24,236 nucleotides of DNA, from contig JBFRWD010000118.1 of NCBI GenBank assembly GCA_051439425.1, forward strand, positions 1 to 24,236, written 5' to 3'. Positions 8,645 through 17,372 of the stretch are shown here, one piece after another; the first letter of the stretch is position 1, and each line of letters opens with the position of its first letter. Under the pieces are notes generated by a model that was given only the letters and a program-made list of their open reading frames with translations, did not search any database and was not told the DNA's origin. The translations under genes were made by a program, and so were the position numbers. This stretch comes from Synechococcus sp. (GTDB lineage Bacteria; Cyanobacteriota; Cyanobacteriia; Thermostichales; PCC-7336).

Positions 8645-10024
8645 ATGGCAGAGATTGCACTGGTTCTTCTGGGATTGGGGCTCGGCCTGGCATTCCATGT
8701 TTGGTGGCGCAGACAGCTTTTGAATAGCACGCAGCCCTTATTGCAAAAGCTGGAGGTTGCCCGTCCGTTTGTCGAGTCCGGTCAAGTGTTGCAGCAGAAG
8801 CTGAATGTCTTTGTAGAGCGATATCAGCAGGACAAGGCTAAGCAAGAACAGCTGGACGATCGCCTAGACAATTCGATTACATTACAGCAATGTCTTCCCT
8901 TAGGATTTATTCAGCTCGATCGCTTCAACCGCTTACTGCAATGCAATCCAGCCGCCAAAGAGCTGTTTAATATTTCGGCTTGGCAGCCCAATGATGGCAA
9001 GGTACTGCTGGAGTGGGTACGGTCTTACGATCTGGATTTGTTGGTTCAGACCACCCGAGTCAGAGGTGCTGAGGTAAAGATGGGGGCACAGCTAGACGCC
9101 ATGCCCGATCGTGACCAACCCAACTCCTCCTCCGATCCTGCTCGGTGGCAGGATAAGACTCAACCGCGGGTGATTACCCAACCCAAGATGCGAGAGTGGT
9201 TGTTTTATCCCCCTGATGGAAGGAGCAAACCCATACCGTTGAGGGGGTGGGGGGTTCCTCTTTCGGGCGGCCAGGTTGGGGTACTGATCGAAGATCGGCG
9301 GGAAGCCACCGATCTGGCTCAACAGCGCGATCGCTGGGCCTCGGATGTGGCCCACGAACTGAAAACCCCCCTCACCTCGATTCGGCTAGTGGCTGAAACC
9401 CTGCAGCAACGGGTGGATCCCTCGCTGCGCAAGTGGGTCGATCGCTTGCTGAATGAAATTCTTCGCCTCAGCGACCTAGTGCAAGACTTACTGGAACTGA
9501 GCCGTCTCGACCTACAAACGTCAAGCGCGTTGCAGGTTAGCAATCTTGACTTGGTGGAAGCGGTTTTTGCTGCCTGGAGAAGCTTGGAACCACTGTCAGG
9601 ACAGAAGCAGCAAACTCTCAATTACAACGGGCCTCGCAGTTTTGATTTTTGCGGCGATCGCTCCCGCATCCACAGGCTGTTTCTGAATGTCTTGGATAAT
9701 GCCATCAAATACGGTCCTGCAGACACCGATATTTCTGTGGTGATTGAGGAGCACAAGGAGGAGGTGGTTGTGGAAATCTGCGATCGCGGTTCTGGATTTA
9801 CCCCCGAGGCTATCGAGCGAGTTTTCGAGCGGTTTTACCGTACTGATGCCGCTCGTGCACGCAGCCAAGGGGGCTCGGGACTTGGATTGGCGATCGTCAA
9901 GCAAATTGTGGAGGTTCACGGGGGACACATCTCTGCCCACAATCATCCCCAAACCGGTGGAGGTTGCTTGCGGTTTAGCCTCAGCCGCAGCATGTCGGTG
10001 TCAACCCGACAGGGCGTTGGTTGA
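8645..10024 (+). CDS. sphS: Sensor histidine kinase, SphS/PhoR-like
   Basis: N-terminal TM, PAS-like region with VRSYDLD, H-box DVAHELKTPLTSIRLVAETL, N-box NVLDNAIKY, D/G boxes, FERFYRTD and GGSGLGL. Ortholog assignment is by recalled similarity. Confidence 0.8.
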   Translation: MAEIALVLLGLGLGLAFHVWWRRQLLNSTQPLLQKLEVARPFVESGQVLQQKLNVFVERYQQDKAKQEQLDDRLDNSITLQQCLPLGFIQLDRFNRLLQCNPAAKELFNISAWQPNDGKVLLEWVRSYDLDLLVQTTRVRGAEVKMGAQLDAMPDRDQPNSSSDPARWQDKTQPRVITQPKMREWLFYPPDGRSKPIPLRGWGVPLSGGQVGVLIEDRREATDLAQQRDRWASDVAHELKTPLTSIRLVAETLQQRVDPSLRKWVDRLLNEILRLSDLVQDLLELSRLDLQTSSALQVSNLDLVEAVFAAWRSLEPLSGQKQQTLNYNGPRSFDFCGDRSRIHRLFLNVLDNAIKYGPADTDISVVIEEHKEEVVVEICDRGSGFTPEAIERVFERFYRTDAARARSQGGSGLGLAIVKQIVEVHGGHISAHNHPQTGGGCLRFSLSRSMSVSTRQGVG

Positions 10025-10025
10025 T

Positions 10026-10152
10026 GTCAGCTCGACGGAGCCACTTGAGCAAGCTATTTGTCTCTCAACACAACGAAACTATTGGGGCTGACGTCTTACT
10101 CCCTTCTCACACATTGGGAAAAGGGCTGGGGATGAGGGCTATCGAGCCCAGG
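10026..10152. repeat. ~125-bp dispersed repeat, copy 1
   Basis: Aligns along its length with 12020-12148, including identical GGAGCCACTTGAGC and AGGGCTGGGGATGAGGGCTATCGA blocks. Confidence 0.85.
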
Positions 10153-10165
10153 TTGCTGGAAATGA

Positions 10166-11965
10166 TTAGTGGTCTGCAGAAGTGCGCTCGGTCGGGGGCT
10201 TGGTCGATGAAATGGCCTCCTCAACACGCTGAGGCTGGGCCCACCAGACCTTTTGGTGTAAGTACGTCACCATACCGGGTTTCGCTTCTGCACCTTTGAG
10301 GCGAAAGACATGTTTGGGGCGGGTGTAGATGGTCGGTACCTGTTCGCTGAAGCGAGCGCGACTGAAGTGGGCGGCTAGATCGGCGGCCATCTGCATGTCT
10401 TCATCTTCGGCTACAGCACCGGGGGGTAAGCGCAGCAAGACGTGGCTGCCGGGAATTTCTTGAGCGTGGAACCACCAGTCATTGGTTTGAGCTAGCTTGA
10501 ACGTGAGGATGTCGTTTTGGCGATTGTTGCGGCCAACCCAGATCTCGAAGCCACTTGGAGTGGTGAATTGCTGAGGAGCTGACTCGATATCGACTGAAAC
10601 AGCAGGCCGGTCGGGGTCGAGGAGGTACCCGCCGGAGATTAGTTCCCGCTCGATCTCCAGCAATGCTTGCAAATCTGTAGGTGCTTGATAGTCTTCCAAT
10701 TGTTCGATCGCCCCCAATACCTGTTCGAGGTAGTGGAGTTCAGCCATCACCTCGTTCATCAAAGGGGTGACAGCATCTTTAGCTCGCTTTTGCTTTTGGT
10801 GACGCTTGTAATACATCTGAGCGTTGGCAATCGCATTTTTCTCGGGGTCGAGCGTAATCTCCACGGGTTGACCGGTCTCGAAATCTGGAAGCTGGATATG
10901 GGTCATTCCCACCTCCCAATGATGCATGTGGGCCATCAGCAAATCTGCTGCCTGCTTGGGTTCATCTGCGCGGGCGGATTTGGCCAGCATGTCGTCAAAC
11001 TGTTGTTGCCGTTGATTCAGTTTTTTTAGTACAGACCCTAATTTTTGCTGCAGGCGATGACGATCGCGATCGAACTGTTGCTGATTGAGTTGGTGTTCGT
11101 AATAGCGATCGAGCAGATGGTGTAGGTCGGCTTCTTCTCGATCTGTTTCTTCCCGATTGGTGTCTTCCTGACCTTCGTATCCCAGCACATCGTACCCACC
11201 CTCTTGTGTGAGTCTCGGTTGAAACTCTCCCGTGTCGATTGCATCAAGCCAGTGCTGCCAGCCTTCAAACAGGACCTGCCACTGTGCGGTGGTGACTTCG
11301 TTGGTCGCAGTTTTGGTGGTGATTCCTGCTCGGGTCGCGATGGGAGTCAAGACCGCACGGCTTAAGCCACGGTAGGTGCGGAATAGCTGCTTGCCAAGAG
11401 GGACTGGGGCAAAGTCCAGTCGTGCTTTCCAGTCCTCAAACGATTCGGTTTTGGTCGGAATAGCCCCCATAAGAGCAGGAGGGGGCTCGTAAGATAAACC
11501 GGGCTGAATGGGTCGAACGCTGGATTGGCGATCGCTCACCCCCCGACCGCTAGACACAATCGCCCCATCGGCGTCCACGAGCACGATATTGCTGTGCTTG
11601 CCCATCGTTTCCAGATAGAGGTGAAACTGCACGTTGTCTTGAGGGCGCGGAGCAAATTGCCAGTCGAATACCCTCTCCCACGGATCGATTTGCACGATCG
11701 CGCTCAGGGCAAGCCCCCGCAACCGCTGGGCTATACCGCTAAATTGAAATGGATCGGGCTGTTTGGGAACTCGGCGGCCTATATGAAACCGAGCAGCTTG
11801 TGGATGCCAGCTCAAGGTTATCCAGCGTCTTCCCTGCAAGGTTCTCAACGCCAAATGCAGTGTGTACAGATCCGTCTGTTGCAGGATCTCGACCCGAGCC
11901 GGTAGACAGGTGGCCGCTAAATCTCGGTGAATGGCGATCGCGGTGGTGAGGTCAAACAGTTGCAC
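10166..11965 (-). CDS. rqcH: Ribosome quality control protein RqcH (NFACT/FbpA family)
   Basis: N-terminal FD motif, ETMGKHSNIVLVD, coiled coils with NAQMYYKRHQK, NFACT-R domain VGRNNRQND...WWFHAQEIPGSHV. Confidence 0.93.
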   Translation of the reverse strand: MQLFDLTTAIAIHRDLAATCLPARVEILQQTDLYTLHLALRTLQGRRWITLSWHPQAARFHIGRRVPKQPDPFQFSGIAQRLRGLALSAIVQIDPWERVFDWQFAPRPQDNVQFHLYLETMGKHSNIVLVDADGAIVSSGRGVSDRQSSVRPIQPGLSYEPPPALMGAIPTKTESFEDWKARLDFAPVPLGKQLFRTYRGLSRAVLTPIATRAGITTKTATNEVTTAQWQVLFEGWQHWLDAIDTGEFQPRLTQEGGYDVLGYEGQEDTNREETDREEADLHHLLDRYYEHQLNQQQFDRDRHRLQQKLGSVLKKLNQRQQQFDDMLAKSARADEPKQAADLLMAHMHHWEVGMTHIQLPDFETGQPVEITLDPEKNAIANAQMYYKRHQKQKRAKDAVTPLMNEVMAELHYLEQVLGAIEQLEDYQAPTDLQALLEIERELISGGYLLDPDRPAVSVDIESAPQQFTTPSGFEIWVGRNNRQNDILTFKLAQTNDWWFHAQEIPGSHVLLRLPPGAVAEDEDMQMAADLAAHFSRARFSEQVPTIYTRPKHVFRLKGAEAKPGMVTYLHQKVWWAQPQRVEEAISSTKPPTERTSADH

Positions 11966-12019
11966 GGAGCAGACGCAAAGCAGTGAGTTTCACAATTGTC
12001 CCGCAGGATCTCACGCAAC

Positions 12020-12148
12020 GTCAGTTCGAGGGAGCCACTTGAGCGGAATATTGGTCTCGCTGCACAACAAAACGATTCGGGTTGAAGTCTCTTACTCTCT
12101 GCGTCCAATGTGGGAGGAGGGCTGGGGATGAGGGCTATCGAACTCAGG
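12020..12148. repeat. ~125-bp dispersed repeat, copy 2
   Basis: Direct repeat of 10026-10152, located between mazG and rqcH. Confidence 0.85.
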
Positions 12149-12149
12149 C

Positions 12150-13163
12150 TCACGAAAGATTGCGAATGGCATCCCAGTTGGCTCGCTCTAGAGCGTCAGT
12201 TACCTTGATGCCGTGACGCCCCCCAAGCTGAACGAGGGAAAACATGAGTTGACCGAGTTGCTCCCGAACCTCTTCATTCGATATAGAGGGGTCATTATTA
12301 CTTGCGAGCAGTACCTGTAAGGCGCTCATCTGCTCGCTTGCAGCTTGCAGTAGATCGACAGAATTCCCGTTCTCATCAACTGTTCCAGCAGTTTTCTTCG
12401 CGATTTTGGTTGCTGCCAACAGCGGCGGAAACGTTGTTGCATAGCTAACTAACTTGTCGTGCAGTGTTTCTGCTGCTTTTTCCTCCTGTTTAATCTCGTC
12501 CCAACGTTGCTTGACATCCGCAATATCGGTCTCGCTGCCTGTAGCCTCTGGGCCAAATACGTGAGGATGGCGACGAATTAATTTCGTAGAAATTCCATCA
12601 GCAACGTCCGCTAAGTTGAAATCTCCCGATTCGCTAAATACCTGAGACTGCAACACCACCTGCAGGAGTAGATCCCCCAGTTCCTCAACGGTGTGGGCAA
12701 TATTGTGACTGCGGATGGCCGCGACGGCTTCGTACGCTTCCTCCACAATGTATGGGGTCAGCGACAGTGGAGTTTGAGCGAGATCCCACGGACAGCCGTT
12801 TGGCGATCGCAATGTTGCAACGATGTCGACCAGCTTGCCAACTGCGCCCAGCGATTCCGGAGAGCGGGCGGGCACGATTGCGTGAAGCACCGATTGCGTA
12901 CGAAACCGAGCGGCAACGCTCTCGATGGGCACCAATTCAAATGGGTCAGCGCTATCGGGGTTAGCAATATTGGCGACCGCTATCTGAAATTCCATAGGGA
13001 GGGGAGCTTGATGGAGGGTTTCTAGGAGGAGAGCCGAAACCTGCTCCCACACCTTCGATGTGCAGTGGGTTAGCAGCAGAGGCTGGTGTCTGGAGGGATG
13101 TGACAGATGAAATTCGAGCGTTTCCCAGTCAATGTCTGCGCGCAGATCGCAAATTTTTATCAC
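12150..13163 (-). CDS. mazG: MazG-family nucleoside triphosphate pyrophosphohydrolase with N-terminal extension
   Basis: LRSPNGCPWD, EEAYE, EELGDLLLQV, KLIRRHPHVF; second MazG repeat is degenerate. Confidence 0.88.
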   Translation of the reverse strand: MIKICDLRADIDWETLEFHLSHPSRHQPLLLTHCTSKVWEQVSALLLETLHQAPLPMEFQIAVANIANPDSADPFELVPIESVAARFRTQSVLHAIVPARSPESLGAVGKLVDIVATLRSPNGCPWDLAQTPLSLTPYIVEEAYEAVAAIRSHNIAHTVEELGDLLLQVVLQSQVFSESGDFNLADVADGISTKLIRRHPHVFGPEATGSETDIADVKQRWDEIKQEEKAAETLHDKLVSYATTFPPLLAATKIAKKTAGTVDENGNSVDLLQAASEQMSALQVLLASNNDPSISNEEVREQLGQLMFSLVQLGGRHGIKVTDALERANWDAIRNLS

Positions 13164-13166
13164 CAG

Positions 13167-13397
13167 CTACGACACCCAGGCGCTTTCAAAATCCCACAAT
13201 TGAGCCAACTGATCGGTATCGATAAAGTTCAATCGCAACAGAATCATCAGCAGTGGCCCCTGCTCGCGTGCCTGCAATTTCTTCGCCAAGCTCAGCTCGC
13301 GATCGTCTACGTAACCACTGCTTAACAGGTGCTGTTCCAGGGCCTCGTTGCTTGGGCTCTGGGTTACGTCATTCCTAACTAATTGTCGCTCGTTCAT
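13167..13397 (-). CDS. DUF2949-family protein
   Basis: ELSLAKK...QGPLLMILLRLNFIDTDQLAQLWDF matches my recollection of the family; ends 3 bp before the mazG start. Confidence 0.75.
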   Translation of the reverse strand: MNERQLVRNDVTQSPSNEALEQHLLSSGYVDDRELSLAKKLQAREQGPLLMILLRLNFIDTDQLAQLWDFESAWVS

Positions 13398-13806
13398 AGT
13401 TGCTTGCGGCGATAGCCGCCCCTTTCATCCCTCGCACCGATGTTACCCACATCCGAAAAAGGGTTACGTCAATTGGCCTCAAAATTACTCATCCTCCGGA
13501 CAAGTATTCATGGAAACTGCTAGACAGCTCCACCCACCATGCAAATATCTGGCTGTCTCCATTCAGCGTAAGAAATCGATGAATTGGAATCTAAGCTAGC
13601 TCGTTATCTGGATTGAATCATGTAGATATGAGCAGATTTACATTCACCACCAACAACTTACACATTCTTAATTGAGCAGTATGCTTTGCGAGTTTCATAC
13701 CTTGCCAACAAGTTGGTGCAGGCCAAATATCAAACAACGATGAATACTGCTTGGGCCAATCATGTTAGCATCAACCCTACTTTCATAGATGTCTTTAAAA
13801 TAGCTT

Positions 13807-14031
13807 GTGAACAACACAATTTCAGTGGGGGACATTGTCAAGATTGTTCAGCAGCCCCCATTTCTCAAGACTGCTGACCCAATGCCCATGTTGCGCTCTG
13901 CCGAACTCGTCAGACTGGAAGAAGAAGGCCGCGTTGAAGAAATTCGTCCTGCTGGTTATTACAGCGTTCGGTTTGCGAATGGCGTATTTTTAATCGATCG
14001 CAAATATCTCGATGTTGTTACGGATGCCTGA
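13807..14031 (+). CDS. sipA: NblS-interacting regulatory protein SipA (DUF3148)
   Basis: Signature PPFLKTADPMPMLR and SH3-like GYYSVRFANGVFLID. Confidence 0.88.
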   Translation: MNNTISVGDIVKIVQQPPFLKTADPMPMLRSAELVRLEEEGRVEEIRPAGYYSVRFANGVFLIDRKYLDVVTDA

Positions 14032-14128
14032 GGAATGCATCGGTAATTGTGCCGTACCGTGCAGGTCAGTGGAATCGAGCCATTCTTGTTTGTAGGTATG
14101 CTCTTGTCAGCTGCTGATTCGAAACTGC

Positions 14129-14156
14129 AAAAAAGCAGACTCCGTCAGGAGCCTGC
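14129..14156 (-). terminator. Rho-independent terminator of pdhC
   Basis: Minus strand GCAGGCTCC-TGAC-GGAGTCTGC-TTTTTT, about 40 nt after the pdhC stop. Confidence 0.75.
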
Positions 14157-14197
14157 CGTTGTTGTCGGTGACTTGAAGACGTTTGTTCAGGATTGCT

Positions 14198-15457
14198 CTA
14201 TAGGGCCAGCGTTTCTACCTGAGACTCTAACAAGATTGCCAGATCTTTAAGGAAGGCGGCAGCGTGTGCACCGTAAATCACTCGGTGGTCGCAGGTGATG
14301 TTAACTTGCATTTGAGGCTTGACGGTGATTGCCCCCTCGGGAGTAGCAACGACGGTAGGCTGTGCTCCACCAATTGCCAAAATTGACCCTTGATTGGGGG
14401 GCAAAATAGCGTCGAAGCTAGAGACGCCAAACATCCCCAGGTTCGAGAGCGTGAACGTTCCGGTGCTGTATTCCTCGGGCTGAAGCTGCTTGCGGCGGGC
14501 CCGATCAACTAGATCCTTCCACTGTCGGGACATTTCGTACAGGTCAACTCGATTGGCATTACGCAACACGGGAGTAATAAGTCCGCCATCTTCCATCGCA
14601 ACTGCTACGGCAATGTTGATGTCCTCTTTATAATGAATCCCTGCTTCGGAGTAGCTGGCATTCACAATTGGATGCTTATCTAGCGTTACGGCCACGGCCT
14701 TGGCCAGTAACGCCGTCATCGTAACTCCCTTCGGTTTGACTGTTTTGTACAGTCGGTTCAAAGCTTCGGTGATGATGCCGTAAGTAACGTGGAATGTTGG
14801 AACCGACAGGCTGACGTTCATGTTGCGAACAACCGCCTGTTGCAGGGTGTTTAAGGGAACGACTTCACCTAGGGTGACCGAAGGAGCAGCGACAGCAGGA
14901 GTCGAGGATGCTGCAGGTGCTAACTGAGAAGCTTGCCGGACGTCCGCTTCAATAATGCGTCCGTTGGGACCGCTCCCTTGCAGGCTTGTTAAATTCACTC
15001 CTAATTCTTGTGCCAGCCGCTTTGCCAGCGGAGATGCAACCACTCGACCATCCGTTCTTGGGGGAGCAGTCTTGGTCACCGCAACTGGGGCAGGTTTGGT
15101 CGAAGTAGCGACGGCCGTTGCTGCCGGTTGAGATGCCGCTGCAGAGGATGAGGGGGCAGCGGAGGAAAGGCTGCTGCGCAAAGAGTCAGCTTTGGCTTTG
15201 GCCGCATCGACATCGTCGGGAGATTCAGCAATGAACGCGATCGCCGAGCCTACCGGAGCCGAACCACCAGCATCTACGACAACAGCTGCTAGCGTACCGC
15301 TGTAGAACGATTCCACATCCATATCGGCCTTATCGGATTCAACCACCAAAATGGTTTCGCCCTTTTCAACCGGGTCGCCAGCACTCTTTGCCCAAGACAC
15401 CACCTTTCCGACTTCCATCGTGGAACTCAGGGCGGGCATCGTAACTTCTTGAATCAT
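14198..15457 (-). CDS. pdhC: Pyruvate dehydrogenase E2, dihydrolipoamide acetyltransferase
   Basis: Lipoyl motif VESDKADMDVE, Ala-rich linker, subunit-binding domain ASPLAKRLA...GSGPNGRI, catalytic DHRVIYGA. Confidence 0.97.
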   Translation of the reverse strand: MIQEVTMPALSSTMEVGKVVSWAKSAGDPVEKGETILVVESDKADMDVESFYSGTLAAVVVDAGGSAPVGSAIAFIAESPDDVDAAKAKADSLRSSLSSAAPSSSAAASQPAATAVATSTKPAPVAVTKTAPPRTDGRVVASPLAKRLAQELGVNLTSLQGSGPNGRIIEADVRQASQLAPAASSTPAVAAPSVTLGEVVPLNTLQQAVVRNMNVSLSVPTFHVTYGIITEALNRLYKTVKPKGVTMTALLAKAVAVTLDKHPIVNASYSEAGIHYKEDINIAVAVAMEDGGLITPVLRNANRVDLYEMSRQWKDLVDRARRKQLQPEEYSTGTFTLSNLGMFGVSSFDAILPPNQGSILAIGGAQPTVVATPEGAITVKPQMQVNITCDHRVIYGAHAAAFLKDLAILLESQVETLAL

Positions 15458-16139
15458 GGCAAGGCCGATAGAAATGGAACTGCGGAATATTATGCAGAGA
15501 CGATCCTACCCCAGAACTCGACCCGCTCCGGTTTCATCTTGTCCGGTAGAGGAGCTACACCTGCCTTCAGCTGGTCATTCGAGGGGGGCTAGTGCAGATT
15601 GGTTTAGTGAGGGACTCTGGCAATGTGCAGCCAAATCACCACTTACCGACTTACAGTTCAAAGATTAGAGGTCTAATGGTACTCACCCCGCACGATGCCT
15701 CTTGTCAAGAAGTCCTCATGTAGGCTTAATAAAGGTTAAAATACAGTCCCTAGACAATTACTGCATCATTGCCGGTTGCTCCGTTTCCTGGCCTTCGACA
15801 CATTTGGGAGAGCTGAAGGGGGATTGAGTCATTCGCGTGGGAGAGTGCAGAATTGTTGGTTAGGTGGTAGGTATTGTAGGCTTGCGGACAACCTGTTAAC
15901 TGCTTTTAACTAAACTTGTTGTGTTTTGGGGTTTTTACCGATAATGTAATGTCGCAAGGTTAATTCAGAACCCTTGTTGGTGTTAGCGAATGCTTGATAG
16001 GTAAGATGAATCTCCTGGCGGGCATTTTAGCCAACCTGCAGCAGGTTTCAGAACTGAATTTTGCATTCTCATTTAAAATAAATTTTTTGCTAGAAAGACT
16101 TTGTGTTGACTAGGATCTTGTTGCTAGGAGTTTCCTGAA

Positions 16140-16556
16140 ATGTCTGTGCGTCTGTACGTGGGCAATTTGCCCGAAGAAGTTGACAAGCAAGCTTTGGAAG
16201 AGAAGCTGAATGAAGTTGGCAAGCCTGCCTCCTTAAAGCTTGTGACTGATCGTAAAACCGGCAAGTGCCGCGGATTTGGCTTCGTCACAGTTGATTCTGA
16301 CGAAGTTGCCGAGAAATTCATCGCTGCCTTGAACGACGCATCCTTCGGCGATGCCAAGTTAAAGGTGGAAGTTGCTCAGTCTCGGGCCAAAGAGGGTGGC
16401 GAATCTAAACCGGCTGCCAAGTCGAATAAGCGTGGTGGTCGCGGTGGCCGTGGTGGTTCTAACTTTGTCGATAAGACAGGTTCTTCACAGCCCGATCCTC
16501 GCTGGGCTGCTCAGCTCCAGCAGATTAAAGAAAAGCTACAATCTGCTCAGGTCTAG
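16140..16556 (+). CDS. rbp3: RRM RNA-binding protein, Rbp3/RbpG-type
   Basis: RNP2 LYVGNL, RNP1 RGFGFV, RGG tract and C-terminal PDPRWA motif; AGGAG upstream. Confidence 0.88.
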   Translation: MSVRLYVGNLPEEVDKQALEEKLNEVGKPASLKLVTDRKTGKCRGFGFVTVDSDEVAEKFIAALNDASFGDAKLKVEVAQSRAKEGGESKPAAKSNKRGGRGGRGGSNFVDKTGSSQPDPRWAAQLQQIKEKLQSAQV

Positions 16557-16600
16557 TCCCCTTCGACGAGATCCGTCTAGCCGATTCTGACGGCCTGTGC

Positions 16601-17212
16601 TCACGCCTCAGCGCGCACCTGAGCTTTTATCCAGGTTCTCCTGCCGACGCGATATCCCACGTAGCGAATGCTGACTGGGGTATCGCGTTTGTATTCGGCA
16701 TCGGTCAATGGAGATTGCCAGGTTGGATCGAATGGCACAACCTGCCCGACACATCCCAGGGCGATCACATCCCACTCAGTCAGCAAAGACTCTAGCGGCT
16801 GCAGAATTTTGAGTAGCTGAGACGCGGGTAAATTGTGATGCTGTACGGCAAACGCTGCCGTAGGCAATTGTCTGAGCAGGGGTTCCAGTACCTGTAGCGT
16901 TGCTTGTCGATGACTATCTGGAGTTGAGGATTGCTGCTGTGATAGTAGTGTGTTCTCCGATGACCCGTTCGGCTCTCCATCCTTAGGATGAATGAACTGG
17001 GTGCTAGTCAAGAGTTCGGTTAGCGAAATATTCAGAGCCATACACAGATCTTGCAGCATCCGTAATGACCAGCTGTCGAGTTGACATTGCCGCAGTTGCC
17101 GAATGCGATATCGCGACAGCGAGGCTGTACGCTGCAATTGTGCCCATGACGAACACTGTACATCTGCCATCCAGCAAGAGAGAGTGTTGTCCCAGTCAGA
17201 AACAGTCGGCAT
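16601..17212 (-). CDS. Cro/C1-type HTH protein with GrpE-like C-terminal beta domain
   Basis: N-terminal HTH-like SWAQLQRTASLSRYRIRQLR...LCMALNISLTEL; C-terminal VGQVVPFDPTWQ...IRYVGYRVG...KAQV resembles the GrpE beta domain. Confidence 0.7.
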   Translation of the reverse strand: MPTVSDWDNTLSCWMADVQCSSWAQLQRTASLSRYRIRQLRQCQLDSWSLRMLQDLCMALNISLTELLTSTQFIHPKDGEPNGSSENTLLSQQQSSTPDSHRQATLQVLEPLLRQLPTAAFAVQHHNLPASQLLKILQPLESLLTEWDVIALGCVGQVVPFDPTWQSPLTDAEYKRDTPVSIRYVGYRVGRRTWIKAQVRAEA

Positions 17213-17372
17213 TGGTTAATAGTTAGAAGCAGATGAACCACAGTCTATAGCGGAGAATCAACCGCTTGGTCGATTTCTCGAACGCCTTCTGTTGTTTGAT
17301 AAAAGATTGGTCACATCGATGCGGACATTTAAGGCCATATCCAACCTTGACTGAGATTGAAACTCTTGGTCC

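Larger units (their letters stand above)
422..15250. repeat. HIP1 octamer (GCGATCGC), dispersed copies
   Basis: At least a dozen exact copies seen by eye, e.g. near 422, 2309, 3556, 4745, 5564, 8229, 8487, 9327, 9654, 9780, 11528, 11934, 12803 and 15237. Confidence 0.9.

Noticed and set aside
11128..11172. Degenerate 15-nt repeat in rqcH encoding EDTNREETDREEAD
   Set aside because: Short in-frame acidic loop expansion with no evidence of a separate function.
10026..12148. CRISPR array interpretation of the repeated GGGCTGGGGATGAGGGCTATCGA
   Set aside because: Only two copies 2 kb apart with a whole gene between them; no spacer periodicity and no cas genes.
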